Source: Mobula hypostoma
Lineage: Eukaryota
NCBI RefSeq assembly: GCF_963921235.1
Contig: NC_086097.1
Location: 24,802,001-24,866,000, forward strand
DNA length: 64,000 nucleotides
Reading direction: 5' to 3'
Part shown: positions 50,424 to 62,645 of the stretch, piece after piece
Numbering within the stretch: position 1 is the stretch's first letter
Layout of the letters: every line of letters begins with the position of its first letter
The notes under the pieces: model-generated
Databases searched by the model: none
What the model was told of the DNA's origin: nothing
Seen by the model: the letters and a program-made list of their open reading frames with translations, nothing else
Made by a program: the position numbers and the translations under genes

Positions 50424-50845
50424 CACATAAAAGTTGCTGGTGAATGCAGCACGCCAGGCAGCATCTCTAGGAAGAGGTGCAGTCGACGTTTCAGGCCGAG
50501 ACCCTTCGTCAGGACTAACTGAAGGAAGAGTGAGTAAGGGATTTGAAAGTTGGAGGGAGAGGGGGAGATCCAAAATGATAGGAGAAGACAGGAGGGGGAG
50601 GGATGGAGCCAAGAGCTGGACAGTTGATTGGCAAAAGGGATACGAGAGGATCATGGGACAGGAGGTCCGGGAAGAAAGACAAGGGGGGGGGACCCAGAGG
50701 ATGGGCAAGGGGTATATTCAGAGGGACAGAGGGAGAAAAAGGAGAGAGAGAGAAAGAATGTGTGTATATAAATAAATAACGGATGGGGTATGACGGGGAG
50801 GTGGGGCATTAGCGGAAGTTAGAGAAGTCGTTCATGCCATCAGGT
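50424..50845 (-). mobile_element. Penelope terminal repeat plus ORF end
   Basis: Reverse complement of about 32180-32593. Confidence 0.88.
50480..50517 (-). ncRNA. Minimal type I hammerhead ribozyme motif (best-preserved copy)
   Basis: Minus strand reads tagtc-CTGACGA-a-gggtctcggcct-GAAAC-GTC-gactg, with palindromic ACGT at helix III. Confidence 0.78.
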
Positions 50846-52120
50846 GTTTCACACATCTCCTTTAAATATCCCCTCTTCACTTCAAATGCATGACTTCTAG
50901 TATTGGCATTTCTACCCTGGGTAATAGGATGCTGACCGACGACCCTGTCAATACCACTCTTAATTTGATAAATTTACATCGAGCTCCCTTCAGGATCTGA
51001 CACTCCAGAGAGAACAGACCAAGTTTGTGCTGCCTCTTCTGACAGCTCATACCCTCCAATCCAGACAGCAAGTACAATCTCAAAGAGATGCAGGTTGGCC
51101 ACTGCAAATTGGCTCTAGTGTGTCGGTGAGTAGTAGAGTCTAGTGAGGAGTTAATGAGAAAGTTCAAGTTCAAAGTAAATTTATTATAAAAGAATGCATC
51201 TTCTTACAGGCAGCCACAAAACAAAGAAACACAGCAGAATCCACGAAAACCCCAGACAACAAAGACCAACAAACATCCAATATGCAAGAAAAGAACAAAT
51301 CATGCAAACCATTAAAAAGTGAACAAATCATACACGCTACGTGAACTGCAGGGTCCTCGAAAGTGAATCCACGGAGTCAGTTCTGTGCTGAGACAAACGA
51401 AGTGGGTCCAGGAGCCCCACAGCTGCAGAGGAACAAATATGAATATGGCGGCGTGGACCCAAGACTCCTGCACCATCTGCCCAATGGTAGAAGTGAGAAG
51501 AGAGAAGGAGGTCAAACCCAGGCAGACAGGTCAGGCTCAGTTGGGAAGCCAACACAAGATTAACGTAGGATTACTGAAAATGGCTGATTTCAGTTGTCCA
51601 AAGGACCTGTGGCTTCTCCCGAAGACTCTCTGAGAATACTATCATACTCCAGGTTTGTGGGATTAGGTGAACATAATGCTGGATATTTTGAACTTCTTGC
51701 TTTTAACCTTTGTCGCCCCAGGATCACAATCTGAGCCCAATGGGAGATAGATATTTGTAGATTATTTATTGTGAAGAACTGGTACAACTTCAACCTGGCA
51801 TCCTCAGGAGGCTAAAGGAATTTGGCATGTTCCCATCAAGCCTTGCCAATTTTTGTCAATGCACCTTAGAAAGCATCCTATCTGAATGCATACTGGCTTG
51901 GTCCGGCAATTGATCTGCCTGAGACCACAAAAATCTGCAGAGCTGTGGACACATTGCAGGAACCAGCCTCTGCTCTATGGACTCGATCTATACTTTTTGC
52001 TACCTCATTGAAGCAGCCAGCATAATCAGAGATCTCACCCACCTCATCAGTTCTTTCTCCTCCCTTCTCCCATTGGGCAGAAGATACACACCAGTAGGAT
52101 CAAAGTTTAAAGTAACATTT

Positions 52121-54978
52121 GATTCTAAATATATGAATGATTTTTTAGATAATCTAGACTTCCCTGAGATTTCACAGGATATGTCTTCTATGTTAGATAC
52201 TCCCATTACCACGGATGAGATTAAGAATGTTATTTTCTCTGTGAATTTGGGGAAAGCTCCTGGCCCTGATGGGTTTACCGTAGAATTTTATAAATGTTTC
52301 GCTCCTTCATTAATCCCTTGGTTCTGTAGGGTTTTTGAGGCTTCATTAAAACTTGGTAAACTTCCTGAATCTTTCAATAGAGCGTCAATCTCTCTAATAT
52401 TAAAGAAGGATAAAGATCCTGCTCAATGTGCATCTTATAGACCAATATCTTTATTAAATGTTGATTCTAAAGTTTTTTCTAAGTTATTAGCAAATAGATT
52501 AGAAAAAGTACTTCCTTCTATTATTTCGGAAGACCAAACGGGTTTTATTAAAGGTCGTTACTCTTTTTATAATATTCGCACACTGTTAAATATTGTTTCT
52601 ACTCCCTCACAAAATGTTCCTGAGTGTGTTATCTCTTTAGATGCTGAAAAAGCTTTTGATAGAGTAGAATGGCCTTATTTATTTAAGGTGCTTGAAATGT
52701 TTAATTTTAGCTCGAAATTTATATCCTGGATTAAACTGTTATATCATTCTCCTGTGGCCTCGGTCCGTACTAACTTTTTAAGTTCACCTTTTTTCCCTCT
52801 TTCTCGAGGTACTCGACAAGGTTGTCCTCTTAGTCCTTTATTATTTGATATTGCGTTAGAACCTCTTGCAATTGCCATTCGAGAATCTCCAAATATTACT
52901 GGGATAACTCGGGGCTTAAAGTCCCATAAAACATCACTCTATGCTGATGACTTACTTTTATATATTTCTAATCCCCAAAAATCCATCCCGGCTGTTTTAG
53001 AGCTATTAGCACAATTTGGTCTTTTTTCAGGTTATAAATTAAATCTTAGTAAGAGTGAACTTTTCCCGATTAATAAACAACTTCCCTTAGATCATAACTT
53101 TCCATTTAAATTGATTAATAATTATTTTTCATATCTTGGGATTAAAATTACTTGTAAATACAAAGATTTATTTAAGATTAACTTTTACCATTAATTGACC
53201 ATATTATTCAACTTTCATCTAAATGGTTTCCTTTATATTTAACTTTGATTGGTCGTATTAATGCAGTTAAGATGTTTTTTTTGCCAAAATTTTTATATAT
53301 ATTTCAGGCATTACCAATCTTTGTTCCAAAATCTTTTTTTGATAAAGTCGACTCCAAAATTTCTTCATTTATTTGGTAAAATAAAAACTCGAGACTGGGT
53401 AAAATACATTTACAGAAAGCTAAGAGAGATGGAGGCTGAGCATTACCTAACTTTAGATTTTATTATTGGGCAATTAATATTCGACATATGAAATTTTGGT
53501 TACTTGACCAGGATATACTATCCATTCCTAAATGGGTAGCATTGGAATTACAATCTGTTCAGGGTTATACACTTGGCTCTATTTTAGGTTCCTCTCTTCC
53601 TTTTGATTTGAAACGCCTTAAACAGGTGTCTAACCCGATAGTTAAATATACCTTACGTATTTGGTTTCAATTCAGAAAATTTTTTGATCTTAATAAATTT
53701 GGGTTAGCAATTCCTATTTTAGGTAACATATTTTTTCCTCCCTCTTTTACGGATCGTGCTTTTCAAATTTGGAAGACTAAGGGTATTTCACGGTTTTTGG
53801 ATTTATTTTTAGATGGTTCCCTTATGTCTTTTGAACAATTATCTAATAAATATAATTTATCAAGAATACATTTTTTTAGATATCTACAAGTTAGAAATTT
53901 CCTAAGTACTATACTTTCTTCCTTTCCAATGCTTCCTCCTACATACATTTTAGATACTATAATTAACCTTAATCCATGTCAGAAAGGTGCATCGGCTATG
54001 ATTTATAATATTATTATGAAACTTAGGAAAGCTCCATTTGATAAGATTAGGGTAGATTGGGAACAGGAATTGGGATTTATCATTTCCGTGGATGACTGGG
54101 GGCAGATTTTACAATTAGTCAATACTTCCTCTATCTGTGCTAAACATTCCCTAATTCAATTTAAAGTTGTTCCTAGAGCACATACGTCCAAAGATAAATT
54201 AGCTCACTTTTATTCTCATATTAATCCTTTTTGTGATAGATGTCCGGGGCAGATAGCCTCTTTAACTCATATGTTTTGGTCTTGTCCTACTCTGGAAACT
54301 TTTTGGAGAGACATTTTTAATATTATCTCCAAGGTATTGAATATAGATATCTCTCCTCACCCTATTACTGCTATCTTTGGACTACCTAAAATTTCCAGTA
54401 ATCTTTCCCCTTCAGCCCGTAGAATGATTGCATTTCTTACTTTAATGGCGAAAAGATGTATCTTACAACATTGGAGAGAGCTTAATGCTCCAACTACCTT
54501 TTTTTGGTTTTCTCAGACGATATTATGCTTGAATTTGGAGAAAATTAGAAGCAGTCTTTATGATTCCTCATTTAAATTTGAACAGACCTGGAGATCTTTT
54601 ATTCAATATTTTCATTTAATGTAATATATACCCTTCTTGTTTTTTTTTACTGTTTTTAATGGAGGTCGGGATTGAGGATGTGATTTTAAGTTTTTTAACT
54701 CTGCTTGGTTCCAAGTTAGCCCATTGCTTTGCTTTTAGTTAGTTGCACGGTGGGGTTTTTTTGGGGTTTTTTTTTTCCTTTTCTCTATTGATATATATAT
54801 ATAAAATTAGTATACTATTACGTTACCTTGGTACGTTATGTTTAAATTACATTGTTTGTATAATTTTTTTTGTATTAATATCTTCTGTAATTTTATTATA
54901 TTCTAACAGTGTATTAGTGCCTATATGGCTTACCTTTTTGTATACTTATTCAATAAAAAGATTTAAGAAGAAAAAAAG
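52121..54978 (+). mobile_element. 5'-truncated L1-clade LINE (RT, C-terminal zinc knuckle, 3' UTR, A tail)
   Basis: GKAPGPDGF, YRPISLLN, LDAEKAFDRV, RQGCPLSP, LYADD, CDRC..HMFWSC; AATAAA at about 54952; 19-bp TSD aaagtttaaagtaacattt at 52102-52120 and 54979-54997. Confidence 0.95.
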
Positions 54979-55643
54979 AAAGTTTAAAGTAACATTTATT
55001 ATCAGAGTATATGTCACCACATACAACCCTGAGATTCTTTTTCTATTGACATGCTTAGCAAATGTATAGATCAGTAACTGTAAATAGGATCAATGAACAA
55101 CAAACTGTGCAAATACAAATGTAAATAAATAGCAATAAGTAACGAGCACATGAAATAACAAGATAATGAGTCCTTAAAGTGACACCATCAACTGGCACAG
55201 GAAATGCAAGGCATCTAACCACAAGTCCGTACTAAGAATTGCGAGGACTGTTGAGAGGGTCATTGAGATCTCGTTTCCACCCATCAAGATATTTATCAGG
55301 AGCACTGCATACACAGTGCTCTTGGTATTGTTAATGACCATCCCATCCATCCTACAATCACTTTGACATCCTATCATCGGGCAGGAGGTACCATAACATT
55401 AGAACAAGGACTGTTAGGATGGGAAACAGCTTCTTCCCCCAGGCCATGAGACTACTGAACTCCTTGCTCCCACCCAGGTCTCATTATGTATGAAGTGCCA
55501 GTAGTGTTATACTGCTTACTTTTTAACTTGTGTTGTAAATGCACCTTGTTATTTCTAAATTCATTTGTGGTAATATTACTCTACGTGTTGTGTTGGAGTT
55601 ATATGTACTGTTTTGTTCTCCATGGTCCAGAGGAACATTATTT

Positions 55644-58600
55644 CATAGAAACATAGAAAACTTACAGCACAATACAGGCCCTTCAGCCCTCAATGCTGTG
55701 CCGAACATGTACTTAGAAATTACCTAGGGTTATGCATAGCCCTCTATTTTTCTAAGCTCCATGTCTCTATCCAGGAGTCTCTTAAGAGAGCCTATTGTAT
55801 CTCCCTCCACCACTACCGCCGACTGCCAATTCCATGCACTCACCACTCTCTGCGTAAAAAAAATTACCCCAACATCTCCTTTGTACCTACTTCCAAACAC
55901 CTTAAAACTGTGCCTCTCATGTTAGCCATTTCAGTCCTGGGAAAAAGCCTCTGACTATCCACATGATCAATGCTTCTCATCATCTAGTACACCTCTATCA
56001 TGTCACCTCTCATCTTCCATTGCTCCAAGGCAAAAAGGCCGAGTTCACTCAACCTATTCTCATAAGGCATGCTTCCCAATCCAGGCAACATCCTTGTAAA
56101 TCTCCTCTGCACCCTTTCTATGGTTTCCACATCCCTCCTGTAGTGAGGCGACCAGAACTGAGCACAGTACTCCAAGTGGGGTCTGACCAGGGTCCTATAT
56201 AGCTGCAACATTACTTCTCGATTCCTAAATGCAGTCTCACGGTTGATGAAGGCCAATGCACCATACGCCTTCTTAACCACAGTGTCAACCTGCACAGCAG
56301 CTTTGAGTGTTCTATGGACTCGGACCCCAAGATCTCTCTGATCCTCCACACTGCCAAGAGTCTTACTATTAATACTATATTTTGCCATTATATTTGACCT
56401 ACCAAAGTGAACCACCTCACACTTATCTGGGTTGAACTCTATCTGCCACTTCTCAGCCCAGTTTTGCATCCTATCAATGTCCCGCTATAACTTCTGACAG
56501 CCCTCCACACTATCCACAACACCCCCAACTTTTGTGTCATCAGCAAATTTACTAGCCCATCCCTTCACTTCCTCATCCAGGTTATTTATAAAAATCATGA
56601 AGAGAAGGGGTCCCAGAGCAGATCCCTGAGGCACACCACTGGTGATCAACATCCATGCAGAATATGACCCATCTACAACCACTCTTTGCCTTCTGTGGGC
56701 GATCCAATTCTGGATACACAAAGCAATGGCCCCTTGGATCCTATGCCTCCTTACTTTCTCAATAAGCTTTGCATGGGGTACCTTATCAAATGCCTTGCTG
56801 AAATGTACACTATATCTACTGCTCTACCTTCATCAACGTGTTTAGTCACATCCTCAAAGAATTCAATCACGTTCGTAAGGCACGACCTGCCTTTCACAAA
56901 GCCATGCTGACTATCCCTACTCATATTATGCCTCTCCAAATATTCATAAATCCTGCCTCTCAGGATCTTTTCCATTAACTTATCAACCACTGAAGTAAGA
57001 CTCACTGGTCTATAATTTCTGGGGCTATCTCCACTCCCTTTCTTGAATAAGGGAACAATATCTGCAACCTTCCAATCCTCCAGAACCTCTCCTGTCTCCA
57101 TTGATAATGCAAAGATCATCGCCAGAGGCTCAGCAATCTCCTTCCTCGCCTCCCACAGTAGCCTGGGATATACGTATCTTGTCCAGTCCTGGTGGCTTAT
57201 CTAATTTGATGCTTTCCAAAAGCTCCAGCACATCCTCTTTCTTAATATCTATATGCTCAAGTTTTTCAGTCCACTGTAAATCATCCCTGCAATCACCAAG
57301 ATCCTTTTCCACTGTGAATTCTGAAGCAAAGTATTCATTAAGTACCTCTGCTATTTCCTCCAACTTCATGCACACCTTTCCACTATCGCATCTGATTGGT
57401 CCTATTCTCAAAAGGCTGATCCTCTTGCTCTTCACACATTTGTAGAATGCCTTGGGGTTTTCCTTAATCCTGCTTGCCAAAGCCTTCTCATGGCCCCTTC
57501 TGGCTCTCCTGATTTCATTCTTAAGTTCCTTCCCGCTAGCCTTATAATCTTCTAGATCTCGATCATTTAGTACTTTTTGAACCTTTCGTTAAGTTTTTCT
57601 TTTCTTCCTGACTAGATATTCAACATCCTTTGTACACCACATTTCCTGTACCCTACCATCACTTCCGTCTCATTGGAACGTACCTATGCAGAACTCCACG
57701 CAAATATCCCCTGAGTATTTGCCACATTTCCCTGAGAACGTCTGTTCCCAATTTATGCTTCCAATTTCCTGCCTGATAGCCTCATAGTTCCCCTTGCTCC
57801 AATTAAATGCTTTCCTAATTTGTCTGTTCCTATCCCTCTCCAATGCTACGGTAAAGGAGATAGAATTGTGATCACTATCTCCAAAATGCTCTCCTACTGA
57901 GAGATCTGACACCTGACCAGGTTCATTTCCCAATACCAGATCAAGTACAGCCTCTCCTCTTGTACGCTTATCTACATATTGTGTCAACAAACCTTCCTCG
58001 ACACACTTAAAAAACTCCACCCCATCTAAACCGCTCACTCTAGGGGGATGCCAATGATTATTTGGGAAATTAAAATCTCCCACAACAACAACACTGTTAT
58101 TAATACACCTTTCCAGAATCTGTCTCCCTATCTGATCCTTGCTGTTCCTGTTACTATTGGATGGTCTATAAAAAACACCCAGTAGAGTTATTGACCTCTT
58201 CCTGTTCCACCCACAGAGACTCAGTAGACAATCCCTCCATGACTTCCTCCTTTTCTGCAGCCGTGACACTATCTCTAATCAGCAGCCCTCTCCTCTTTTG
58301 CCTCCCTCCCTGTCCTTTCTGAAACATCTATAGCCTTGCACTCTAAGTAACCATTCCTGTCCCTGAGCCATCCCTGCAATGGCCACAACATGATAGCTCC
58401 AAGTACTGATCCATGCTCTAAGCTCATCTGCTTTGTTCATAATACTCCTTGCATTAAAATAAACACATCTCAAACCATCGGTCTGAGCACATCCCTTCTC
58501 TATCACCTGCCTATCCTCCCTCTCGCACAGTCTCCAAGCTTTCTCTATCTGTGAGCCAACCATCCCTTCCTCCATCTCTTCAGTTTAGTTCCCAACCCCC

Positions 58601-59782
58601 CAGCAATTCTAGTTTACACTTTCCCCAACAGCCTTTGCAAACCTCCCTGCCAGGATATTTGTGCCCCTCGAATTCAAGGCAACCCATCCTTCTTGTACAG
58701 GTCACGTGCTCCCCAAAAGAGGTCCCAATGATCCAGAAATCTGAATCCCTGCCCCCTGCTCCAATTCCGCAGCTACGCATTTATCCTCCACCTCACTCTA
58801 TTCCTATAATCATTGTCACATGGCACAGGCAGTAATCCTGAGATTACTACCTTTGTGGTCCTGCTTCTTAACTTCCTTCCTAACTCCCTGTAGTTTGTTT
58901 TCAGGACCTCTCCCTTTTCCTACCTATGTCGTTGGTACCAATATGTACCATGACCTCATGTTGTTCCCCTTCCCATTTCAGGATATCGTGGATGCGATCA
59001 GAAACATCCTGGACCCTGGCACCTGGGAGGCAAACTACCATCTGTGCTTCTTTCCTGCATCCACAGAATCGCCTGTCTGACCCCCTAACTATAAAGTCCC
59101 TGATCACTGCTTCTATCCTCTTCCTTTCCCTACCCTTCTGAGCCACAGGGCCAGGCTCTATGCCAGAGGCACAGCTACTGTTGCTTCCCCCAGGTAGGTT
59201 GTCCCCCCCCAACAGTACTCAAACAGGAGTACTTATTGTTAAGGGGGACAGCCACAGGGGTACTCTCTAGTATCTGAATCTAGCCCTTCCCTCTCCTGAC
59301 TGTTACCCACTTATCTGTCTGCTGAGGCCCCAGTGTGACTACTTGCCTTTATCTTCTCTTTATCACTTCCTCCCTTTCCCTGACCAGACAAAGGTCATCA
59401 AGCTGCATTTCCAGTTCCCTATCCCGGTCCCTAATGAGCTGCAGTCTCCCAGACTTCCCACATCCAACACCCAGTACAGAACACCGGCCTCACAGATATA
59501 CTTCCTGTCTCTATTCTACACAGGCAACCTGCCTTGCCTCGACCTATTATCGCTGAAGCCCCATTGAGCCAAAGCCCTCCTACTCTGTCTCCCTCTACTG
59601 TACACCCACTCTATAAAGCTGTCTTCTTTTTAAACTCTTCTCGCTGTTCTATCTGGCTGACGTCCACGTGCTTGCACAGTCACGCTTCGATCAAACTGCT
59701 GAAGAAATAACTGTCTCCTTTTAAACTCTTTTGGCTGTTCTATCTGGCTGACATCCACGTGCTTGTGCAGTCATGCCTCGAT
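55644..59782 (-). mobile_element. Near full-length decayed CR1 LINE (5' UTR, ORF1 esterase, APE, RT, 3' tail)
   Basis: ORF1 CLPGARVQDV..VHIGTND; APE FNARSIMNK, GDFN, DSDHN; RT YRPVSLTS, PQGSALGP, FADDTK, RPHLEYC; (catagaaa)n tail. Confidence 0.9.
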
Positions 59783-60089
59783 TTCGTTGGGCAGTATACA
59801 TGTATAGTTGAATGGCAATTAACTGGAACTTGAACTTGAAAGCTTGAAAGCACTAGGCTCAAGGACAGCTTCTATCCCACTGTTATAAAAACTCCTGAAC
59901 AGACCTCTTGTATGATAAGGAGGACTCTAGATCTCACAATCTACCTTGCTATGATCTTGTACTTTATTGTTTCCTTGCATTGTATGTTTTATGAAGCTGT
60001 TACACTTTATTCTGCATTGTTATTGTTTTACCTTTTTCTACCTCAGTGTTCCGTGAAATGACTTGATCTGTATGAACAGTATGCAAAAC

Positions 60090-60755
60090 AAGCACTTCAG
60101 TTGTGAGTCTGTTGGGGTCATCTATTGCATCCGGTGCTCCCGGTGCAGCCTCCTCTACATCGGTGAAACCCGACGCAGATTGGGGGACCACTTCGTCGAG
60201 CACCTCCACTCCGTCCGCCACAACAGACAGGATCTCCCGGTTGCCACCCACTTCAACTCTGCTTCACATTCCCATTGGGATATGTCCATACATGGCCTCC
60301 TCTACTGCCATGACGAGGCCAAACTCCGGTTGGAGGAGCAACACTTCATATACAGTCTGGGTAGTCTCCAGCCCCTTGGCATGAACATTGAATTCTTCAA
60401 CTTCTGGTAATTCCCTCCCCCTCCCTTCCCCCATTCCTGTTTCTCTCTGCCCCCTCTTCCAGCTGCCTATCACCTCCCTCATGTTTCCGCCTCCTCCACT
60501 GTGTGTTCCCCTATTCCTTCTTCACCTTTCCTGCCTATCACCTCCCTGCTTCATCTCCCCCAGCCCTTGATCTTTCCCCTCACTGGTTTTTCACCTGGAA
60601 CCTACCAGCCTTCTCCTTCCCACCTTCCTTATAGGGCCCCTGCCCCCTCCCTCTTCAGTCCTGATGAAGGGTCTCGGCCCAAAACACTGACTGTTCGTTT
60701 CCATGGATGCTGCCCGACCTGCTGAGTTCCTCCAGCGTGTTGTGCGTGATGCAAA
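60090..60755 (+). mobile_element. Penelope-like element 3' part (GIY-YIG plus terminal repeat with hammerhead motif at 60656-60693)
   Basis: GVIYCIRCSRCSLLYIGETRRRLGDHF..GMN; cagtc-CTGATGA-agggtctcggccc-aAAAC-act-gactg (core mutated). Confidence 0.88.
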
Positions 60756-61124
60756 GCAAGCTTTTCTCCATACCTTGGTACACAGGGCAATAACAAACCA
60801 ATTTCAATTCCAATTCCTATTTAGCCTGGGCCAGCCTTAGATGTCCTGACAATAGATCACATAGTTTGATACTGGAGTGACATATCGACAGGCGAGATAA
60901 TGTCAGTGGGCTCACAGCACTGGAAACACTGGAAACACTGATGTATCAACAGGTGAGGAATGGTCTGTGGGCTCACAGTCTCAACAGAGTTGGGGGAGTT
61001 GGCTGAAGTGTTGAAAGAACTTGTTGCCATCCTGAACTCCATCTAGAGTTATAGAGAGATAAGGTACCTTTCAGCTTACTAAATCCATAGAAACCATTAA
61101 ACATACATTTACGCTAATCCTGAG

Positions 61125-61340
61125 CAATACAGAAAATGCTGGAGGAACTCAGCAACATCAGTGGAGGAAAATAAACTGTCAACGTTTCAGGCCGAGTCCC
61201 TTCATTAAGATTTGTCCTTCATCAGTGTCTTGGCCTGAAACATCAACTGTTCATTCCTCTCCATAGATGCTGCCATGCCTGCTGAGTTCCTCCAGCATTT
61301 TGTGTGTGGCTTTGGACTTGCAGCATCTGCAGAACTTATT
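61125..61340. repeat. Inverted pair of Penelope terminal-repeat ends (fold-back)
   Basis: Perfect 22-bp inverted repeat at 61133-61154 / 61280-61301 enclosing opposed hammerhead remnants. Confidence 0.75.
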
Positions 61341-61559
61341 GTGCCTCTGATTTACTCTAATCCTACACTCAGCCATTTTCTGTCCTCCCATGTTCCCATG
61401 AACACCTCCAAGATTATAAAACTCACCTGCAAACTAGGGACAATTGATAGTGGCCAAGTAATCTCCCAACCCACACCTAAGTGTACACCTGTACAGTCCC
61501 GAGAACTCCTGTGGTCTTCACAGAGGACCTACTTCCAAAAAGCCATTCCTCCAAACTGC

Positions 61560-62312
61560 AAACAAAGCCAAGAGACTCACCTATACAGAAAAACACAATG
61601 CTGGGATACTGAACAATGGCAGCAAAAGGTCTACTCTGATGAGACAAAATTTGACATTTTTGGCTCAAACAGTAGGCAGTCTGTCCATAGACGAGTTGGA
61701 GAGTTCTTCATGGTTGAGCATCTGTAACCAAGAGTGAAACATGCCGGAGATTCCCTGCAGGGTGGGGGCTGCATTTCTGCAGATGGCGATCTGGTCAGAA
61801 TTAATGTAATCCTCAGTGCTGAGAAGTACAAGCACTACACAATACCATCAAGCAGGGGTCTGATTGGTCCCATTCCGCAGCAGGACAGTGACCCGAAATA
61901 CACATCCAAAAACATAAAGAACTACCTTCAGCTAAAAGAAGAACAGGGAGTTCTGCAACAGATGGTCTGGTCTCCACAGAGCCCTGATCTCAACATCATT
62001 GAGGCTGCCTGGGATTACCTGGAGAAACAGAAGCAAGCCTGGAGACAGCCAAAGTCTGCAGCAAGTTTTCCAAGATGCTTAGAACAACACACCAGCCAAT
62101 TTTCTGATAAAAAATGCATGACAGTCTACCGAAGAGAATTGATGCAGTTTTAAATGCAAAGACGTCAAATATTGATTTTACTTGTTCACAGTTTACTGCT
62201 CCTTGTAGTAACTTTTTGATGTTTAGAAACTTCTCATTTCATTATTTTTGAAAGCATCTTTGCTTTACAGAATTTTCTTTACATGTGCCAAAGATTTTTC
62301 TACAGAACAGTA
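61560..62312 (+). pseudogene. Tc1-like transposase remnant with DD38E spacing (Intruder-type), probable right TIR at about 62285-62312
   Basis: VYSDETKF..VKHAG..QQDSDPKY..WSPQSPDLNIIE; 38 residues between D (61884) and E (62001). Confidence 0.85.
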
Positions 62313-62359
62313 GAAGCAGAATTAGGCCATTTGTTCTGCTCTGCCATTCTGTCATAGCT

Positions 62360-62645
62360 AGGATCCTCCCACTGGAATACATATGCAGCTTTAGGATGTA
62401 CCTATCCTGCACCTTCCAAAATGCCCCCAGAAGCTCCAGCCACTGCTGTTCTGCCGTCATCCCTGTTAGTTTCCCTTTCCAATCTACTTTGGCCAGCTTC
62501 TCTCTCGTGTCTCTGTATTTCCCTTTACTCCACCGTAATACTAATACATCTGATTTTAGCTTCTCCCTCTCAAATTGCAGGGTGAAGTCCATCATATTAT
62601 GATCACTGTCTCCCAAGTGTTCCTTTACCTTAAACTCCCAATCAA
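62360..62645 (-). mobile_element. CR1 ORF2 internal fragment
   Basis: HLGDSDHNMMDF..WSKGKY..KLAKVDW. Confidence 0.75.

Noticed and set aside
58901..59212. Host SGNH esterase/lipase gene (also 20884-21288 and 62680-62871)
   Set aside because: This is the esterase-like ORF1 of CR1, directly upstream of APE-RT.
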